64,000 nucleotides of DNA from Gekko japonicus (lineage: Eukaryota), in contig NW_015168659.1 of the NCBI RefSeq assembly GCF_001447785.1, positions 186,001 through 250,000 on the forward strand. Direction: 5' to 3'. A program made the position numbers and the translations under genes. The notes under the pieces are model-generated. The model made no database searches. It saw only the letters and a program-made list of their open reading frames with translations, and was not told the DNA's origin. This document shows positions 57,634 through 64,000 of the stretch, piece by piece; within the stretch, counting starts at the first letter, position 1; every line of letters begins with the position of its first letter.

Positions 57634-58378
57634 ACACATGAAGCTACCTTAAACTGAACAAAACTGGGGCCAATATCAATCCAAAGAACTCTAAAAGGTA
57701 AGTTGAGTATGCTTAATACATATGCTTTATACTTAATAGTAACTTCTCAGTGTACACAATTTCCCCAAGTTATATAATCTAGCCATACAATATCAAAGCA
57801 TTTACAATAACAAGATAATACAATAAATTGTCAGTTGCTGCCAACAGCCCGAAGAAATCAGTGGAATTCCAAAACAGTTACTGTTGGCAGTCAAAAGAGT
57901 ATAAGGCTTATAAAGCTAAAAGCTAATGATATCTTCGGGCTGTTGGCAGCAACTGACAATTTATTGTATTATCTTGTTTTTGTAAATACTTTGATATTGT
58001 ATGGCTAGATTATATAACTTGGGGAAATTTTGTACACTGAGAAGTTACTATTAAGTATAAAGCATATGTATTAAGCTTACTCAACTTACCTTTTAGAGTG
58101 TATCTTTGGATTGATATTGGCCCCAGTTTTGTTTTCTTTGGAGTGTGGTTACTGGGAGATCTGTTTTGTTTGGATTTGGCTACCTTAAACTGAGTCAGAC
58201 CATTGGTCCATTAAGGCCAGTATTGTCTACTCAGACTGGCAGCAGCCCTCCAGGGTCTCAGGCTGACAGGTCTTTCAGATCACCAACCGCTTGGTCCATT
58301 TTATATGGAGATGCCGGGGACTGAACTTGGGACCTTCTGCATGCCAAGAAGATGCTCTACCACTGAGCCACATCCCTC
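57634..58378 (-). mobile_element. tRNA-derived SINE with CR1-like tail, interrupted by the inverted-repeat insertion
   Basis: Minus-strand head GTGGCTCAGTGGTAGAGCATC...GGTCCCAAGTTCAGTCCCCGGCATCTCC; a related tail fragment lies at 38740-38840. Confidence 0.75.
57658..58178. mobile_element. Long inverted-repeat insertion (Penelope-type architecture)
   Basis: Arms 57658-57860 / 57927-58132, 66-bp spacer, tail 58133-58178, perfect 15-bp TSD GCTACCTTAAACTGA. Confidence 0.8.
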
Positions 58379-61300
58379 GCCATCTGAGAAGACTGAAAGG
58401 AAGCACAACCCTGTGATTAATTTCTTCTGGAACATCAGGGATGACAGGGGATATCAGGGGAGGTCTCTTTGTAGTAGCCTGCATTCACAAGTGGACATGG
58501 TAGAGTCTGGAGAACAATATTCCATTTTTAATATCCAACACCCTGGATGTATAGCGATTCACTATTCCAAGCCTGTATGTACTGGATCTGAATTAACTGT
58601 GGTTGGAGGTGTGGCTTGCAGAGTTTATATAGCTGCTCCTTCCCCACTGTTTTAATCAACTGCAAAATGCCCTTAGCCTTGTTTTTTTTTTTTTTTTTAA
58701 AGGTTTTCCTGCTCTGGTAAGATTTTATGAACCCAAGGAAGCATTATAATAGTGTAAATCCCAAAACCATCAACCAAGTTGGCCCAAGGGAATTCTTGCC
58801 TTATGAAGCAAGAAATGGAGTTTTGGCCTAGAAAATGGGAAAAAAATGTTTTTTTATTTTAATATGGACACCAATGGGTAACATCTATGGGTCACCATCC
58901 TGATTTGATTAAATTGGTAACATCATTGAGCACTTTATTATTGTTAAATGTGGCTGTTTTATGTGGTTTTAATGTTTTATATTTGGCACATGCTGCCCCT
59001 GTTTGTAAGCCGCCCTGAGCCCACTCACAGGGAGAGCGGGATATAAGTGAAATAAATAAATAAAGTAATGTAAGGGGCTATTGAAATCCCTTTTGTAGCA
59101 CTCTAACCCCCCTCCCCCGCCAGCAGATTAAGAACTGCCTATCAGCACAAATTCAGTATCAGAAGCTTCTTCCATCACTCTGTCCCCATGCTGGAAAATG
59201 TGTACCTGTTGTATTTCAGCTAGTTATCCAGGTATTAAGTCCTGCTTTAAAACAAAATAAATGTGTCAAACCTATTTGAGGCATTTTCTTGCAGGAATGA
59301 TAGCTTACTTGCGTGTAAACTGATGAGAATGCATGTACTGAAAGGGCTGTGTGTTATTAATTCTCTGACAGCTTAAAAACTATATATTTCATCACGGCAT
59401 TAATTATCCATATACACAGAGCTGTTCTGTTGAAATGACTGATATATTCCACGAATGTCCCTATTGACCACCAGGGACCATTACATTCCTGGTGTATTTC
59501 CCTGTTTTGACTTTGCAGAGGGGTTCCAGAGACAGATTTTGACCAAGAACCTGAAATCAGATCCCCATGATATTATGAAGCATAATCTACCTCACGGGGC
59601 TGTTAAGATAAAATGAGCATAGAGAGATTGAACTCCTTAGAGAAAAGGTGGGACAGTGGAGAAGCAGCAGCAGATGTGAAGGTGAAGAGAAAGAAGGGGA
59701 ATCGCTTAACCCCTTCCTTGCCTGTCGTTTGTCCACTCCAAATCACTTTTCCTCGTGACAGGTTTCAAATGGTCTCTTCTCACTCACATATGAAGCTTCT
59801 TTGCCAAAGAAAGAAAATGGGTCTGATATGTGCATCTACAAGTAACATACAGAGACTGTCTTGGCTGCAAGTCCCACTGACCTCAGTGAGTCTCGTTCTG
59901 AATAACTATGAATAGGAGCAGTCTGGAAAGAAGATGAATAATTATTAACGTTTTCCATATTCAGATTTTAAAATGTGTGGATCCAATGTTTCCTTGAATG
60001 ACCCGATGAAGAGGTTTGTAGCACAAGGGTGACATCCAGTGGTGTGTGAAGCTCTCTGCAAGAAAATCCATCCCCCCCCAACCATGGATCTTCTGGTTGC
60101 ACCACATACAAAGATCATTAACAAGAACAAAATTTATGTAATACTTTTTATTAGGGCCAATCAATGTGTCTCAAAACAGCGCACAAGCTTTTGAGTTCAC
60201 CAGAACTCCACACAATTTTAAAGAGAGAGAGAGTCAGGGGGGAAGCAGACACCTCAGGTCATGATCTAGAGCTCTGGTCATACCAGCATCCTGTACAAAA
60301 TGTTGTGCAGGTAGGCAGACTTAAATGGTGATGTTGTTTGCTTTTACCTTTGACTTTCTGGGACTAAAATCAACAACAGCCCAAACATCTCTCTAACATT
60401 AGGTGAGATACACAGATCACTTGAAGGCTGAGTAGGAGAGGGAAGACTACTGTCAGGAAGATAGTAAAATGTATATATTCTAAATGTGGGAATATGGGGG
60501 GGGGTACTATCTGATAAAGGGAAGTAGGGAGGCCCTGTTAAAGCTTGGAACAACTCTTCATTGCTTCAATTCAGTAATATTGCTGATGGGCAGTGAGTAG
60601 AATCAGGGGGCAGCATTATGGTTCACTGCTTCGTGGGTATCCAACATTTTTAGCGGAAATGATGCAGGTTGAGACTAGGGGAGCGCAAAGAAAAAATATT
60701 TGGTATTATTCAGATTTGGAATTCTCTGATCCAAATACATTCAGTATACCCCAATATTCCCGAATATCAAGATCCGATTGGATACCCTATTCAGGAAATA
60801 TTCAGATTCCCAGATATATTCAGCTCCATTATACCCTACGGGGCCATTGTAATTACATTACATTACACTTTCAGCTTATATACCGCTCCTTCCGGAGGGC
60901 TCGGAGCGGTTTACAGAGACATTTTAAATCGTCCTAACTAGGGCCACAATGCAGGGGGGGGGGGGTTGAGAATGCCTACCAGGCACCCGAACAGCAGGGT
61001 TTCTTCTTGTTGTTCTCTTCAGCTCTCTTTCTTGTTCCGTGGTGGGTCCTTTCTGTTTTACAGCGACGGTGTCTCAGCGAAGATCCCTCCTCCACAGCGA
61101 CTCCTTCTGGAGTGGACCTTGTGGCACACGACTATGCGACGGCTGTAGCAACTGGCCTCCGTCCCATTGGCTCCGACCGTGCTATGTCGTCATGTTGCCG
61201 TGCTTCCTGGACCAATCTCCACCTGGGTCGTTTCGCCGCTCGATGCTGATCCACCACCATGCTCGTTGGATCGCCTCCCGTCACCTGCCACCACCTTTCA

Positions 61301-61512
61301 GCTGCCGCCGCTGCTGCACACCAATCCATTGGAAGGTGGGTGCCCCCCGCTCCTAGGAGCAAGTACCCATTTATCTACTTGCCAAGGGATTTCAAACCGC
61401 TGGGTGAGCGGGAGCTGGGACAAGGACCGGGAGCTCACCATCATCAATGACAAAGCTCTCTCAGATTATATTCAGGGGCCTGGGGAACTTTGAGGTAGAG
61501 GCACCAAATTTG

Positions 61513-63096
61513 ACAACCACAACGGTGCAATCACTGACTTTGAGCCAGACATCCTAGAATCCAAAGTCAAATGGGCCTTAGAAAGCATTACTAACAACAA
61601 AGCTAGTGGAGGTGATGGTATCCCAGCTGAGCTATTCAAAGTCTTAAAAGATGATGCTGTTAAAGTGCTGCACTCAGTTTGCCAGCAAATTTGGAAAATG
61701 CAACAGTGTCCACAGGATTGGAAAAGGTCAGTTTACATTCCAATCCCAAAGAAGGGCAATGCCAAGGAAAGTTCAAACTACTGTACAATTGTACTCATTT
61801 CACACACTAGCAAGGTCATGCTCAAGATCCTACAAGCTAGGCTTCAGCAGTACGTGTACAGAGAACTGCCAGAAGTACAAGCTGGGTTTCGAAGAGGGAG
61901 AGGAACTAGAGATCAAATTGCCAACATTCACTGGATTATGGAGAAAGTAAGAGAGTATCAGAAAAACGTCTACTTCTGCTTCATTGCTACGCTAAAGCCT
62001 TTGATTGTGTGGATTACAACAAACTTTGGCAAGTCCTTAAAGAGATGGGAGTACCAGACCACGTCACATGTCTCTTGAGAAACCTGTATAACGGTCAAGA
62101 GGCGACAGTTAGAACCGGATATGGAACAACTGATTGGTTTCGCATAGGAAAAGGAGTACGACAAGGATGTATATTGTCACCTTGCTTATTTAATATATAT
62201 GCAGAGTACATCATGCGAAATGCTGGCCTAGATGAATCACAAGCGGGCATTAAGATTGCTGGGGAAAAGATCAACAACCTCAGATATGCAGACGATACCA
62301 CTCTAATGGCAGAAAGTGAAGAGGACCTAAAGAGCCTCTTGCTCAGGGTAAAAGAGGAGAGTGCAAAAGTGGGCTTGAAGCTCAACATCAAAAAAGCTAA
62401 GATCATGACATCCGGCCCCATCACTCCTTGGCAAATAGAAGGAGAAGTCGTGGAAGCAATGACAGACTTCACGTTCCTGGGACTCAAGATCACTTCAGAC
62501 GGTGATTGCAGCCATGAAATTAAAAGATGCCTGCTCCTTGGGAGGAAAGCGATGGCGAACCTTGACAGCATAATAAAAAGTAGAGACATCACCCTGCCAA
62601 CAAAAGTCTGTATGGTCAAAGCAATGGTATTCCCAGTAGTACTGTATGGCTGTGAGAGTTGGACTATAAGGAAGGCTGAGCACCGAAAAATAGATTCTTT
62701 TGAATTATGGTACTGGAGAAGACTCTTGAAAGTCCCCTGGATTGCAAGGAGATCAAATCAGTCAATCCTAAAAGAAATCAACCCTGACTATTCCCTGGAA
62801 GGCCAGATAATGAAACTGAAGCTCAAATGCTTTGGCCACCAAATGAGAAGGGAGAACTCACTGGAGAAGACCCTGATGCTGGGAAAGATTGACACTGGAG
62901 AAGACCTTGATGCTGGGAAAGATTGAAAGGCAAAGAAGAAGGGGCCGGTAAAGGATGAGATGGTTAGACAGTGTTATCAAGGCAACGAACATGAAATTAA
63001 GCAAACTCCAGAGCACGACGGAAGACAGGAGAGCCTGGTGTGATGTGGTCCATGAGGTTGCAAAGAGTCGAACTCGACTATGTGACTGAACAACAA
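61513..63096 (+). mobile_element. RTE-BovB LINE, 5'-truncated, with RT domain (YADD)
   Basis: ORFs 61665..62078 and 62009..62926 (GVRQGCILSP, NLRYADDT); frameshift near 61987; 34-bp internal duplication 62859-62926; (CAA)n tail; TSD CAC(C/T)AAATTTG (61502-61512, 63097-63107). Confidence 0.95.
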
Positions 63097-64000
63097 CACT
63101 AAATTTGCAGTGTAGTTGCTGGGAACTTTCCCCAAAAGAACCCCCAAGTCTCAAAAAGATTGGACCAGGGGGGTCCCCAATGATGGGGGAAAGGATTTGA
63201 GTGGAAGAGTTGAATTTACTTCTGCTTCCACCACAGGGAACTGCCTTACCAGAAAGCTGTCTGAAGTTTGAAACTTACTGCCTGGAATTATTTAAATTTC
63301 CCCCCACCTGTTTTAGCCATGTGAATATCCAAAAACATGCAGCAGGCTTTCTTTGACATGGCTTACCCCTGTCTTGATGGGGCATTGTTGTTGTTGTTTT
63401 TAAAATTCATATCAGACCTCTGGAATGGCTAATTTTTTTAAAAAAAAAATGGCTAAAACAAAACAACAAGATTATCAATAGCAACCCAGGACCCCTTTGG
63501 ATCTAGATTCCTTCCTGGTTTTCGCTGTTATATTCCAAGACTTTCTCTAGTGAAAATAATTACAGCTGGAAGGCTCTGAATCTAACATCAAATTATCTTA
63601 TGATGCTGGAATCTAAGTGTCCACCCACTAATTAAAGGAGTGTGCAACTTTTACAAAGTGAACAGCACAGGACAAGCAGCACTTATGCGGCAACACTATT
63701 AAACACTGTGCTGTGCTGTGCTATTCATAGGGAGTTAGATCACTCACTCCAACAGGGAAGACCCCCTACCAAGTGATGTTTTAAGCCTCTGCAGCTGGGG
63801 GAATGTGTTCTCCTTTTTTAATGCTTGCAGCCAGAGTTTGTGCTAGGGAACGAGAACTTGGCTTGGGGGGACACTTATTCTAAGCTTCAGTGACATTGCA
63901 GAGGAATAGATGTGTTACATCTGTTGTAGCAAAAATAAACAGGAGTCTTGTGGCACCTCAAAGACTAACAAGATTGTATTCCAGCCTCAGCTTTTTTGGG

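Noticed and set aside
58305-58378. tRNA gene on the minus strand
   Set aside because: Mismatched stems and B box, and it continues into a SINE body and tail.
60180-60210. Hammerhead remnant (minus strand GAGTTC-TGGT-GAACTC-AAAAGCTT)
   Set aside because: CUGANGA is missing and GAAA is mutated; too decayed to call.
62009-62926. 305-aa reverse transcriptase ORF as a host gene or novel RT system
   Set aside because: Ordinary 5'-truncated, frameshifted RTE-BovB copy with tail and TSD.

Overview
Vertebrate genomic DNA, almost certainly a squamate reptile and probably a gecko (Sauria SINE, Squam3-like SINE, RTE-BovB, CR1/L2, hAT/Harbinger MITEs). The assembly is gapped, with N runs at 22295-22339, 32609-32622 and 43321-43474. 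Bases 1-50817 hold the last 33 coding exons of hemicentin-1 (HMCN1/fibulin-6) on the + strand. They splice GT-AG into one open frame of about 1804 aa: Ig repeats, six TSP1 repeats, a nidogen G2 domain, cbEGF repeats and the fibulin C-terminal module. A ~1.5 kb 3' UTR follows (AATAAA at 52338), then repeat-rich intergenic DNA. I found no new multi-gene system. The most notable details are: (1) a 106-bp tandem duplication that copies an HMCN1 splice acceptor, creating an upstream out-of-frame 'poison' 3' splice site; (2) minimal hammerhead ribozyme motifs in Penelope-like insertions, one intact and antisense, with all sense copies broken; (3) TSD-hairpin-tail-TSD Penelope-type insertions, one with ~200-bp inverted arms; (4) a one-ended hAT MITE inside a 110-bp duplication; (5) a skippable 351-nt exon with a weak acceptor, a Tyr/Asn-rich insert and a furin motif. 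Repeat family names come from recognition, not a database search.
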